A DNA stretch of 64,000 nucleotides. Origin: Candidatus Latescibacterota bacterium (lineage in GTDB: Bacteria > Latescibacterota > UBA2968). This document shows, one piece after another, positions 30,725 to 39,723 of this stretch. The first letter of the stretch is position 1. Each line of letters begins with the position of its first letter. Position numbers and translations under genes: made by a program. The DNA lies in assembly GCA_965116885.1 (NCBI GenBank), contig OZ220741.1, forward strand, positions 4,896,001 through 4,960,000. The letters are read 5' to 3'. The notes below the pieces were generated by a model. It saw nothing but the letters and a program-made list of their open reading frames with translations. It made no database searches and had not been told where the DNA came from.

Positions 30725-32275
30725 ATGAAACTCTCCTCCGTCAACACCACCGACATCACCGACGCAATCCGCCTGGGCTGCCAAATGATGAGCAATGTCT
30801 TCAACGCAGACGACAACGACATACCCTTCTTCAGTTCCGAAGTCAGCCCAGATCCGCAACTGCGGTTCAGCGGCGTCCACACCGAGTCACACGTGCCCGG
30901 CCGACACCTCAACGCATTGCTCAACGCCGAAGACGCGGGCAACATATCTGTGGATCCCAATGCAATTGAAAAACACGCCAACGCCGCATTCTTCTCCTAC
31001 AGCGGACCGGTCGCACTACCCCTCAACCGCACAGAGATCGATGGACCTGTCAACAGCTTCACAACCCACAACGTGCGCGAAGGCTTCCACGCCCTGTACT
31101 CGCTGGTCAAATACAGAAATTCCGATCGCGCACGCGAAATTGCCGAGAACAGCATCCGGGACATATTCGAGCTATTCAAACCGGATTCGGGTTGGGACTT
31201 CGACCGCCTCGAGAATGAGCACGGCATCGAAGTGCGCGAGAACACCTTCATCACCGGAATCGCGCGATCAATCGGCCCCCTCGTCAAATACTACCGCGCC
31301 ACGGGCTACGGACCTGCACTCGAACTCGCCGTAATCCTGAAAGAAAAAACGACCCGCGAATTCTTCCTCGAATCGGGCGCTTACGACCGCGAGAGCTTTG
31401 GACCGCATACCCATTCGACCACATGCGTCATGTCTTCGCTCGCACAACTCGCAGACCTTCTCGATGACGCGCGACTGCTCAACCGAGTCAAGGCATTTTA
31501 CGACAATGGGCTATGGGAAATTCGCGATGAAATAGGATGGGTAATTGAAAATAGTGGAGATAATGCGAGTCCAGATCGCGGAGAGATCAACAACACGGGC
31601 GATATTGTCGAAACAGCCCTGATACTGGGCAGAAAGGGATATACCGAATACTTCGAAGACGCCGAGCGCATCACGCGATGTCACATATTGCCCTCGCAAT
31701 TGCGCGACAACAGCTTCATCGAAGACCCGCCGAACCCCCACAACATAGACGGGCTTCATCAGGTCGCAGACCGGCATCTCGGCGGCTTTGGCTTCCCCGC
31801 CCCCTATGGTCACGCGCCCCTCGGCTTCGAGCGGATCAGCTTCAACACGGACATCGTAGGCGGGGGCGTCGGCTCACTCTGCGAAGTCCTCCGCGAAGCC
31901 GTACGCACCGAATCCTCAATCCACCGGGTGAATCTCCACTTCGATCATGAAACCGAACATATCAAGGTCGAATCACCCTACACAAACGACTGCCTGAGAA
32001 TCACCGTCAAATCCCCCGGTCCCCTGTATGTCCGCATCCCGACCTGGGTCAATCCGTCCGATATCGCCGTCGCCGACCGCTTCACCTGCTCCAATGGCTA
32101 TCTCATAATCTCCCAACCCCCGGTCAACGCCCCCATCGAAACACGCTTTCCCCTCACCGAGCGCGAAATCGTTCTAAAACACCGCACGCGAGACATCAGA
32201 GTGCGCCTGAAAGGAGACTCGGTGCTCGCAATGGAAAATCACGGCGCCGATCTGACCTATTTCGATCCCATATAA
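30725..32275 (+). CDS. Hypothetical cytoplasmic protein, possibly a GH127-like (alpha/alpha)6 barrel
   Basis: 516-aa ORF; 'HTHS', 'GEINNTGD', 'AERITR' and C-terminal 'LYVRIPTW' resemble GH127-like proteins. Confidence 0.45.
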   Translation: MKLSSVNTTDITDAIRLGCQMMSNVFNADDNDIPFFSSEVSPDPQLRFSGVHTESHVPGRHLNALLNAEDAGNISVDPNAIEKHANAAFFSYSGPVALPLNRTEIDGPVNSFTTHNVREGFHALYSLVKYRNSDRAREIAENSIRDIFELFKPDSGWDFDRLENEHGIEVRENTFITGIARSIGPLVKYYRATGYGPALELAVILKEKTTREFFLESGAYDRESFGPHTHSTTCVMSSLAQLADLLDDARLLNRVKAFYDNGLWEIRDEIGWVIENSGDNASPDRGEINNTGDIVETALILGRKGYTEYFEDAERITRCHILPSQLRDNSFIEDPPNPHNIDGLHQVADRHLGGFGFPAPYGHAPLGFERISFNTDIVGGGVGSLCEVLREAVRTESSIHRVNLHFDHETEHIKVESPYTNDCLRITVKSPGPLYVRIPTWVNPSDIAVADRFTCSNGYLIISQPPVNAPIETRFPLTEREIVLKHRTRDIRVRLKGDSVLAMENHGADLTYFDPI

Positions 32276-32292
32276 CGGTCGCGATCGGTAGA

Positions 32293-32640
32293 TCAACTGC
32301 CCTTGAATGCGTTAAGAGCCTCTTTCTGAGAGTCATAGACAGCGACCAACTGATCAAAACGCCCGAGCGCCATAACCTTGCGAATTGGATCAGATAGGGC
32401 GCAAACTCCAAATTGCTTGCCCGATGCCTTAAATTCCCTGGCAAAGATCAGAAAAATCCGAATCCCCGCACTGCTGATAAAGGATATCTGTTCACAGTCC
32501 AGGATCAATGCATGCTCTTCAGGATCAATACCAGATTCCAGGACACTCTGAAATTCAGAAGCAGTGATACTGTCAATAGGACCACTGGGCCTTGCTATCA
32601 AGAATCCATCTTTTCGCTCCCACTTAACATCTATATTCAT
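32293..32640 (-). CDS. STAS-domain anti-sigma factor antagonist
   Basis: 'GPIDS', 'LILDCEQISFISSAGIR'. Confidence 0.88.
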   Translation of the reverse strand: MNIDVKWERKDGFLIARPSGPIDSITASEFQSVLESGIDPEEHALILDCEQISFISSAGIRIFLIFAREFKASGKQFGVCALSDPIRKVMALGRFDQLVAVYDSQKEALNAFKGS

Positions 32641-32711
32641 CTAAGTATATCCCCTTGCAGATAAATGTATTATGATAAAAATGTCGGTTAAAATTATCTG
32701 AAAAATGCCCT

Positions 32712-33959
32712 TCATCCTGGACTCTGTAGTGAGCCTCGGCGCAGTGTCAACCGCAGATAATCTTCGGTCGCCTCAAACTCCGGATCAACGCCGTTTTGCG
32801 CCCGCATCAGCGGAATGATCTTATTTCTCACGCCCATACCGCGCGCATCGGAATAACTATAATCTCGCAATGTCTCGGAGATAAGCAAATTGCGGGGAAT
32901 GCGCTGACCGGCGACCATTTTTTCAATTGTCATGCCATTTTGCAACGCACCGGGGCTTGTAATCTCAATGCGATCTGCGTAACGGGCCACCTCGATTTGC
33001 TCATATCGCGTCCAGTCCCGATGCGTGAGCGCGTTGACAATGCCTTCGCGAAGCGCGTCCAGCGGATAGTGCCAACGCCGTTCCCGACGCATGGATTCAT
33101 CTACTTGCCCCGCCTCCTCGGATACGAATGGGCGCATTGCATCGGCAAGACGTTCAATAAGACCCTTTTCCACAAGTTCACGCCCCCCCGACAGCACCCG
33201 CCAGAGATCGACAAGCGGTCCTTCAATCACCTGATCGTCAAGAGCCTCATAAGTCTTATCCTCCCCATCGAAACACATCCAGCGAATACCGGCATGGCGC
33301 AACAGGCGGCGCGGTCGATAACCGAACAAAATCAACCCGGCAATGGTACAAGCAGGCGGGCCATCCTCCCGCTCGACCATAAAACCCAACGCGCAAAGCC
33401 GCTCGTTCCACGCCTCGTCGGTCTCCGGTACATCTCGATCTCCGACAATCGCTGTGAGATAATCCGTCAGCCTTTCCCTGCTCAAATCGCTAAGGCCGCT
33501 ACCGGAAACCGGCAATAATTCTGTGTGAATCAAACCGCCAACAGCGAAAAGCCGTGCTTGTTGCTCGCGCGAAGCCAGTTGAGACGTACTGCCAACCCGT
33601 ATGTAAATATCTTCCCTGCCGCGATAACGCACGACATAGGGTTTTGTAGCACCTTGCGTAACCGTAATAACCGCGACGCGGCGTATATCGTCTATCGGCA
33701 CTTCCTCGTAAAACGGAAGTATCATCGGATGCACCACGCGACCAAACACGGAATCCATCACCCAACGCTCGAGATGGTTTCTCTGTATGCCAGTGATGGA
33801 ACCGTCGTCTTCCACACCCAGAAGGATGCGCCCCCCCTGAAAGTTGGCGAGTGCCACCACCTCCCTCGCGAGTTGTTCCGGGCGCAAATCATCCCGCTTA
33901 AACTCTACACCAGAGTTCTCACCCCCGGCTATCAGTTCGAGAAGTTCCGAACGTTTCAT
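32712..33959 (-). CDS. Schlafen/AlbA_2 domain + HATPase_c_4 (RecG C-terminal-like) protein
   Basis: 'GENSGVEFK', 'VALANFQGG..LLGVEDDG', 'ALREGIVNALTHRDW', 'RIEITSPG', 'RGMG'. Confidence 0.85.
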   Translation of the reverse strand: MKRSELLELIAGGENSGVEFKRDDLRPEQLAREVVALANFQGGRILLGVEDDGSITGIQRNHLERWVMDSVFGRVVHPMILPFYEEVPIDDIRRVAVITVTQGATKPYVVRYRGREDIYIRVGSTSQLASREQQARLFAVGGLIHTELLPVSGSGLSDLSRERLTDYLTAIVGDRDVPETDEAWNERLCALGFMVEREDGPPACTIAGLILFGYRPRRLLRHAGIRWMCFDGEDKTYEALDDQVIEGPLVDLWRVLSGGRELVEKGLIERLADAMRPFVSEEAGQVDESMRRERRWHYPLDALREGIVNALTHRDWTRYEQIEVARYADRIEITSPGALQNGMTIEKMVAGQRIPRNLLISETLRDYSYSDARGMGVRNKIIPLMRAQNGVDPEFEATEDYLRLTLRRGSLQSPG

Positions 33960-33994
33960 CGCTCTGATCCTCAGTCTTTCGTTACCTCAAACTG

Positions 33995-34041
33995 GACTAT
34001 CTCTGACACAACTCGGCTATCATCGCCACGTTTTCCCCGAG
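33995..34041. repeat. 47-bp diverged direct repeat, copy 1 (matches 43047-43093)
   Basis: gactatctctgacacaactcggctatcatcgccacgttttccccgag, 41/47 identical to copy 2 by manual alignment. Confidence 0.85.
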
Positions 34042-34158
34042 ATTGCGATTATTGTCGCGGTCCTGCCGGTTGCCGAGATAGGCATAGCCCAGCGCATCCT
34101 TGAAAAACGCAATCACGCGCTTCTGCGTGAGGATTTCCCGTTGTCCGACCTTACTCGT
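33997..34158 (-). pseudogene. Type I RM HsdR N-terminal remnant fused in frame to a copy of the 43049-43894 gene C-terminus
   Basis: Reads (ACG)SKVGQREILTQKRVIAFFKDALGYAYLGNRQDRDNNRN-LGENVAMIAELCQR*; the first part resembles HsdR N-termini; the expected start codon is ACG. Confidence 0.7.
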
Positions 34159-35563
34159 CCTTCGTCTCCACTACTTTCCAATGGCCTCCCCTGGCGGGCC
34201 CGATCCGTTCAAGGACACCCATTTTTTTCAGCTTACTGATCTGCCACTCGATTCCCTTTGCTGTGATTTCGAGTTGGTTCGCCAATTCCGCTGTGGTGAT
34301 TGAGGGGTTGGCGGCGATCAGGCTCAAAATTTTCTCCCTAGTTTTCTCCCTAGTTTTCTCCCTAGTTTTCTCCCTAGTTTTCTCCCTAGTTTTCTCCCTA
34401 GTTTTCTCTTGTTCTTGGCTAGTTTTTGGGGTAGTGGCACTATCGGCTGCTTGGTACGCAGCAGAGAAGGGGAACCTCAACCACAGACCGTCGCCGCCCG
34501 GTTCCAACTCCCACTTTGGCGTGGGATTGCCAGCCTCCTTACAGATGTCCACGATCCGCCGAATGCCTCGTCCCCAGGCTTCGATCATTCCAGCTCGGAA
34601 GAATGCGTAGGCAATCCGCGGGTTATACGGTTTTGACGAAAGTTCCCCGGTAAGCTGGCCAGCGGCCCATTCAGGCGGCAACTGCACCGCATTCCAGATC
34701 GAGATCCGGTCATCGTACACGCGAATCTGAATCGTGGTAGGACTGGCGTAGTCGCGGTGAATGATGGCGTTGATTACCGCTTCTCGCATAGCTTCGCGCG
34801 GTACAGGAAAGGTCTCCACGCGGTAAACACCGTCGTAGGAAATCAATGCCCTCGTATATTTCGTGTACAGCAAGTCCATTGTCCGATTGACCTGAGTAAA
34901 CAGATCGCCTTCGACAATATCCTGATACAGCAGTTCCGAACCGCGAAAATAACCGATCTTTACATAGGCTTCCATCACGAACCTGTCCGGTGCTGGATGA
35001 AAGAGCAGGACCGCGGCGCGCTTCAGGAAATCCGCCTCTCGCAACTGAAGCCTTTCGATGACGCCCTCATCGGATTCGTCCAAGATGTCCCGTGGCAAGC
35101 GTTCGCTGTCAGCACCCCGCTGCCGAAACTCATCAAAGATACGACTGTCCAGATCCTCGATACTGACGCCCGGCAGGGGCACATCATCCCATGTTCGACC
35201 ATATTTCTGTAACAGGAAGCGGCTAAGTGCCGCGCCTCTGAGCACCTGCTTGGTACTGCCACTTCGATAGTGAAATTCGCCCTTATAGCTAATTGGATTC
35301 GGGTAGGGATCAACAGCTATTTCCAGATATTCCCCGCCATCTTCTGACTTCAGGTTCACGTCAACCACGATGCCGAGCAATGACTGAGCCTTATTGGGGA
35401 TCTCTTCAAGCAGTCGGAGAATGTTCTCCATTCCGACCACCTCACCCCGGTCATTCTTACCGATTTCCAGTACGCCGCCCTGAGCGTTGGCGAAGCCGCA
35501 GACCCATTTCAGGTATTCGTCTCGCCACGACTCTTTCCATTCAATGTGCTGGGTTTCGTTCAT
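34151..35563 (-). CDS. Schlafen/AlbA_2 + HATPase_c_4 + C-terminal HTH protein
   Basis: 'ETQHIEWKESW', 'CGFANAQGG', 'MREAVINAIIHRDY', 'IEAWGRG', HTH ending 'LERIGPARGGHW'. Confidence 0.88.
   Translation of the reverse strand: MNETQHIEWKESWRDEYLKWVCGFANAQGGVLEIGKNDRGEVVGMENILRLLEEIPNKAQSLLGIVVDVNLKSEDGGEYLEIAVDPYPNPISYKGEFHYRSGSTKQVLRGAALSRFLLQKYGRTWDDVPLPGVSIEDLDSRIFDEFRQRGADSERLPRDILDESDEGVIERLQLREADFLKRAAVLLFHPAPDRFVMEAYVKIGYFRGSELLYQDIVEGDLFTQVNRTMDLLYTKYTRALISYDGVYRVETFPVPREAMREAVINAIIHRDYASPTTIQIRVYDDRISIWNAVQLPPEWAAGQLTGELSSKPYNPRIAYAFFRAGMIEAWGRGIRRIVDICKEAGNPTPKWELEPGGDGLWLRFPFSAAYQAADSATTPKTSQEQEKTREKTREKTREKTREKTREKTREKILSLIAANPSITTAELANQLEITAKGIEWQISKLKKMGVLERIGPARGGHWKVVETKDE
34330..34401. 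repeat. Perfect 12-bp tandem repeat x6 (ttttctccctag), encoding (TREK)6
   Basis: Counted directly in the sequence. Confidence 0.95.
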
Positions 35564-37077
35564 GTCACCGTACTCCCTGGCTCCAGACCTGCAATAGCAG
35601 CCCGCCCCTTGTCCGTTAACCGGTACTTCTGCAATGGGCTACGCGGTTTGTCAGGGACAGTCATTTCCAGTAACTTATCATCTAATAGTCGTCTAAGCCG
35701 CTGCCCGAAGCTTTTTGTGCGACTCGAATATCCCGCAGCCATCTGCAACTCTCTACTCGTTGCCTCTCCTTGAACACACGCTTGCAGCATGACAATGTCC
35801 CTAACTGAAATTTCAGCTTGTCTCCTGTCTATCAGTGGTTCTATCGGTAACTCTAGCTGTCTAGCAGGTTCTGCTCGCCAAATCTTTGTTACAAACCCTT
35901 GAGTGACAGCGAACTCCGGTTCTGGCAAACCCGCATCTATGCATCGACTGATCATGTCCAGTGTTCCCGTACCCATCCGTTCAATATATTCGGCAAGGTA
36001 CATAGATTCCGCCAGCAGAGGGTTGCCGGGTACCGACGTGTGCGCGACCCGCAACTTCTCTAATGTCAGTGGCGGCGGTAGCCTGCCGGGATTCCAGACC
36101 TCCAACCGATCCGCGAAGAGCATGACCTGCACGCTACCGTTATCTGTATAGTCACGGTGCGCCACCGCGTTGACAATGGCTTCTGTCACAACTTCTTCCG
36201 GAATTTCATAGGTACGGGGAGCGCGGGCACTCTCGACCCGTGTGCCTATTGACCGATTGATCTTGCTCAACACGAAATCTACCGCCTGGTCAACAAGATC
36301 GAATACCGTGCCCTTATAGACTTGATAGGACGGAATTGGTTTGGCGACCTCTGTCCCGTGGAAGTGAGCACATCTAACTTCGGAAGAAATGAGATGCCGC
36401 TGAGGTGCCTTCCCGAACAGCAACACCGCTGCATTCGTCAACCGCCCGTCGTTCAACAGTTTCAGATGCTCCAATAACTCCTCAAGAGACGTGTCTTCTG
36501 TCAACGGAAACTGCCTAGCCCTGCGTGCGGTACGGATGAATCGAATAATTCGCTCGAAATCGAGATCGTCCAGCACCGTCTTTTCGCATGGTGCCGCATC
36601 GAATGGCCCCCGGCGGATCAATTCTTTGGTTTCAAGATACTCTACCAACGCCGCATAGAGTTCGGTTACCAGTTCTGCCTGAGTATTGAATCGTTTCCGA
36701 ATTAGCCCCGCCTGCGCCTTACCGATCAACGCCTCCATCCTTGGATGCCGGACGTGGGTTCCTGTCCCTTTCACAAAGATCAGACGATGCAGTCCCAGAG
36801 TAGTCGCGCGGTCAAACTCCCGTTCCGTAGGCGACACTCCTTCTTCGTCCTCATTTCCGTAGTCACTACCAAATAATCCCACATAGAGATCGCACCGTTC
36901 AACTTCATCCAGATAGAGCGCATCGGGCCGCCGATCCGAAGCCGGAATATCCTCGAACAGAAACACCTCGAAGAACCGCCGCATCAGCGGATCTCCGCAC
37001 AGATAATCGCGCAACACCGTTCGTTCTTGTGCGAACTCCGTTTGTACGCTGCTGATAAAAATGCGAAGTGGAGTCAT
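35560..37077 (-). CDS. DUF4062 + HATPase_c_4 + C-terminal Fic-associated HTH protein
   Basis: 'RIFISSVQTEFAQER', 'SPTEREF', 'EAIVNAVAHRDY', 'IERMGTG', 'EMTVPDKPRSPLQKYRLT'. Confidence 0.85.
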   Translation of the reverse strand: MTPLRIFISSVQTEFAQERTVLRDYLCGDPLMRRFFEVFLFEDIPASDRRPDALYLDEVERCDLYVGLFGSDYGNEDEEGVSPTEREFDRATTLGLHRLIFVKGTGTHVRHPRMEALIGKAQAGLIRKRFNTQAELVTELYAALVEYLETKELIRRGPFDAAPCEKTVLDDLDFERIIRFIRTARRARQFPLTEDTSLEELLEHLKLLNDGRLTNAAVLLFGKAPQRHLISSEVRCAHFHGTEVAKPIPSYQVYKGTVFDLVDQAVDFVLSKINRSIGTRVESARAPRTYEIPEEVVTEAIVNAVAHRDYTDNGSVQVMLFADRLEVWNPGRLPPPLTLEKLRVAHTSVPGNPLLAESMYLAEYIERMGTGTLDMISRCIDAGLPEPEFAVTQGFVTKIWRAEPARQLELPIEPLIDRRQAEISVRDIVMLQACVQGEATSRELQMAAGYSSRTKSFGQRLRRLLDDKLLEMTVPDKPRSPLQKYRLTDKGRAAIAGLEPGSTVT

Positions 37078-37089
37078 GTTAAAACCTAT

Positions 37090-37434
37090 TTATTGTTCTA
37101 TCTCAAACTTATGGATCGCTCGGCTTTTGATATCAGCCCTCCAATTACCAGGCGGAGCATCTTTGTCCCAAGCGATTACCGCGTGACATTGGCTGACTCA
37201 CGGCTTACTCTGTGAGGTTGTCATCTCCCGCTTCCAATACCCTACTTGTACCCCTACTTGTACCCCTACTTGTACCCCTACTTGTACCCCTACTTGTACC
37301 CCTACTTGTACCCCTACTTGTACCCCTACTTGTACCCCTACTTGTACCCCTACTTGTACCCCTGTAGCATTAATGGTGTTACGCGATAGGGAAACCTCCA
37401 TTGCAACTTCTTGAACTGAAACATTGCCAAGCAC
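37090..37434 (-). pseudogene. Gene fragment carrying (GVQV)10, interrupted by TGA at 37198-37200
   Basis: 78-aa ORF; the same frame stays open for 35 more codons after the TGA, to TAA at 37090. Confidence 0.4.
37241..37360. repeat. Perfect 12-bp tandem repeat x10 (cctacttgtacc)
   Basis: Counted directly in the sequence; no spacers. Confidence 0.97.
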
Positions 37435-37570
37435 ACCTTCATCTGTCCAGATGAGTTGCTATACTTACGTGGTGCTACGCATGCACAGTTGTATATCGCT
37501 TCAAGTTATACAGCAAAATATGGGCAAGGGATTTCAAGTCGTCAAGCATCGCTGAGAGTCGAACGCAGAT

Positions 37571-38368
37571 TTACGTTGACAGGTAAGACAGGTCTGATCC
37601 ACTATCTGTAAAGCGGAAGACTCGCATCGCATTAGCCCGTAGAATACGCCTCAGTTCGACCACAGAAATGTCTCTTACAACTGCTAGACGTTCAGTGGTC
37701 ATGATGACATCGGCTGGTTCACTCTTGCGACCACCCATAGAGGTGAGTGGTGCATCAGTTTCTGTGAGCAACCGATCTTCTGGGAAGCTCCTCACTAATC
37801 TGACTCCTCTATTGTGTTCAAGCATTTGATGGTTAATAGAAAAGTAACAACCTATACTCGCTGCTTTGTGACCAACAGCTATAGAGCTAGAGAACCAATG
37901 CAAGATCGGCAAAACCCGGTCAGAAGTTGTGCATTCCTCTATGCATTCCACCACCTTACTTGCAGCCCTGCGGCTATGAATGCTGACAATACGCCTACCA
38001 AGCCTCTGTGCAGCGTCTAAGGCTCGCGTGAAGATTTCGACTTGTACCTGCCAGTGCTTATAATACTGCGGACTACCATCAAGTCCGATCTCCCCAATAA
38101 AGGGGCTCTCCTTAATATATTCTTCCAATAATGCTATCTCACGGTGACGTTCGCCGACGAGTTCAGGATGGAGACCAAGTGCCGAAAATACATATCGACT
38201 TCCCTCGGTCCATCGCCTATTCTGAGGCCAAGCTTTCGGCGTTGTTGTGACCGCAAGCGTGGCGATCTGCTCTCTTTCGCATGCTGCGATTACTTCGGTA
38301 GGATTAGGATAAAGATCAACGTGACAGTGAAAATCAATCCCCCGTATTGGCTCGCTATACTTCACCAT
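37571..38368 (-). CDS. qatD: Qat anti-phage system TatD-family nuclease
   Basis: 'DFHCHVDLYP', 'LGLHP', 'IGEIGLDG', 'SIHSRRA', 'LHWF', 'LTETDAP'; fourth gene of the operon. Confidence 0.9.
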   Translation of the reverse strand: MVKYSEPIRGIDFHCHVDLYPNPTEVIAACEREQIATLAVTTTPKAWPQNRRWTEGSRYVFSALGLHPELVGERHREIALLEEYIKESPFIGEIGLDGSPQYYKHWQVQVEIFTRALDAAQRLGRRIVSIHSRRAASKVVECIEECTTSDRVLPILHWFSSSIAVGHKAASIGCYFSINHQMLEHNRGVRLVRSFPEDRLLTETDAPLTSMGGRKSEPADVIMTTERLAVVRDISVVELRRILRANAMRVFRFTDSGSDLSYLST

Positions 38369-39723
38369 GGCCTGATCTCGACATTATCCAAAACTGCTCC
38401 GACTTCCGAGATTCCTCGCACGAAGACAGCCTCGTATTTAGAAATTTCTTGATCGGAATAATCCGACAGCGAACCCGATTTCCAGATCAGAAACCGGGCT
38501 AGTTCTGGACGCTGTGCTAACCGTTGCGACATCAACTGAAATGACCGGACATCCAGGCCTTCGGATCTCTTTGAGTTCAAGGTGCGATCTCCCAGATTCG
38601 CTAATGTATAAGATGTCGGATCATTTCCGAAGGCGTGCCTGATCGCACTGCGTCGTATTAGACATGGTACACAATGGCCGCAATGTTGGTGAGGCAGCCC
38701 CTTCCACCGTGCCTTTGTGATTGATGAGCACGATATTGTTTCTGCCATATGATGTTCGAGGAAGGGCTTGTTCGCACAGGTGGCCAACATCTCTCCCTTC
38801 GTCTGGAAGCGGTATGGATTCTGCCATATGATCCCTAAACCCAAGTAACGCGACAAGTCCTCCCACTTTGCCATGTAAAAGGGATGCGTAGTGCGTGTGC
38901 TCCAGGCACCTATTCGCAATGGGTCAAGCGGTACATTCAGGGAGATAAGACCGTTCTCCGGTACGTACACGGTCATATCCCTATCGAAACCACTTGCGGC
39001 TAGTGCTGCCAGCGCGAAGAATAGAAATGAGCGACCTCTGGTTGTTTTATCAGGTTCGGAATCCCGGACGAGATCATTAGGAAACCCCACACGAGCACGC
39101 ACATGGCGGGTTGCCAAATTCCCATACACTCTTCCCAGTTGCTCAGCGCATATTTCCTGCGAACTGGTGCTTGAATCCCAGTAATGACTGACAAAGAGCG
39201 GCTCCGCGCCGCCAGCCAGTAAGTCTATTGCTCCAACAAAGCTATCGAGTCCACCCGAGAACAAACACAGACTGTCGAACGTCGAGGGAAATAGTTTTGT
39301 CCCAGTCTTGATGATCTGTCGATAATCTTGATGACGTGCTCGGAAAAAGACTCGCCAGCGATCACCAGTAAGGAAATTCAGCATCCTTACAATTAGGCCA
39401 CTTGCAGTTTTCCAGAGGTCTGGATTACACACAGGTACATACAGGTCTATTTCGCGTGTCCAGCTATCCTGTGCCTCAGTCACTCGTGATAGCCGTGTAT
39501 CAGCAGCAGTCACTATTGCAGCCAATAGAGCCAAGTCGAGCGCGGTATCCGTTGGACGTAGGGAGCAATCACCTAATTGATCAACTATTTGCCCGAGCCC
39601 GTAACCAAGATGTCCGTTACTATCGATAAAATGAATCTGCGTTACTTCAGAGCCGGGTTCTTGAACTCTAATTCGTGATGTGTCTGCAGGGCCCAGCCGG
39701 GCTATGATGCTGTGTCGTCTCAT
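38362..39723 (-). CDS. qatC: Qat anti-phage system QueC-like protein
   Basis: PP-loop 'LFSGGLDS', 'RGRSFLF', 'VPENG', 'STRTTHP', Zn site 'SCS...HCGHCVPCLIRR'. Confidence 0.92.
   Translation of the reverse strand: MRRHSIIARLGPADTSRIRVQEPGSEVTQIHFIDSNGHLGYGLGQIVDQLGDCSLRPTDTALDLALLAAIVTAADTRLSRVTEAQDSWTREIDLYVPVCNPDLWKTASGLIVRMLNFLTGDRWRVFFRARHQDYRQIIKTGTKLFPSTFDSLCLFSGGLDSFVGAIDLLAGGAEPLFVSHYWDSSTSSQEICAEQLGRVYGNLATRHVRARVGFPNDLVRDSEPDKTTRGRSFLFFALAALAASGFDRDMTVYVPENGLISLNVPLDPLRIGAWSTRTTHPFYMAKWEDLSRYLGLGIIWQNPYRFQTKGEMLATCANKPFLEHHMAETISCSSITKARWKGLPHQHCGHCVPCLIRRSAIRHAFGNDPTSYTLANLGDRTLNSKRSEGLDVRSFQLMSQRLAQRPELARFLIWKSGSLSDYSDQEISKYEAVFVRGISEVGAVLDNVEIRPW

Noticed and set aside
37198..37200. 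Selenocysteine or programmed readthrough at the in-frame TGA
   Set aside because: No redox motif or convincing SECIS-like hairpin; pseudogene decay is the simpler explanation
37241..37360. Possible CRISPR array
   Set aside because: Contiguous 12-bp units with no spacers and no cas genes; it is a tandem repeat
38362..39723. Housekeeping queC or a Dpd DNA-modification cluster
   Set aside because: Length, N-terminal extension and the KAP/QatB/TatD context indicate QatC; no dpdA, queD or queE present
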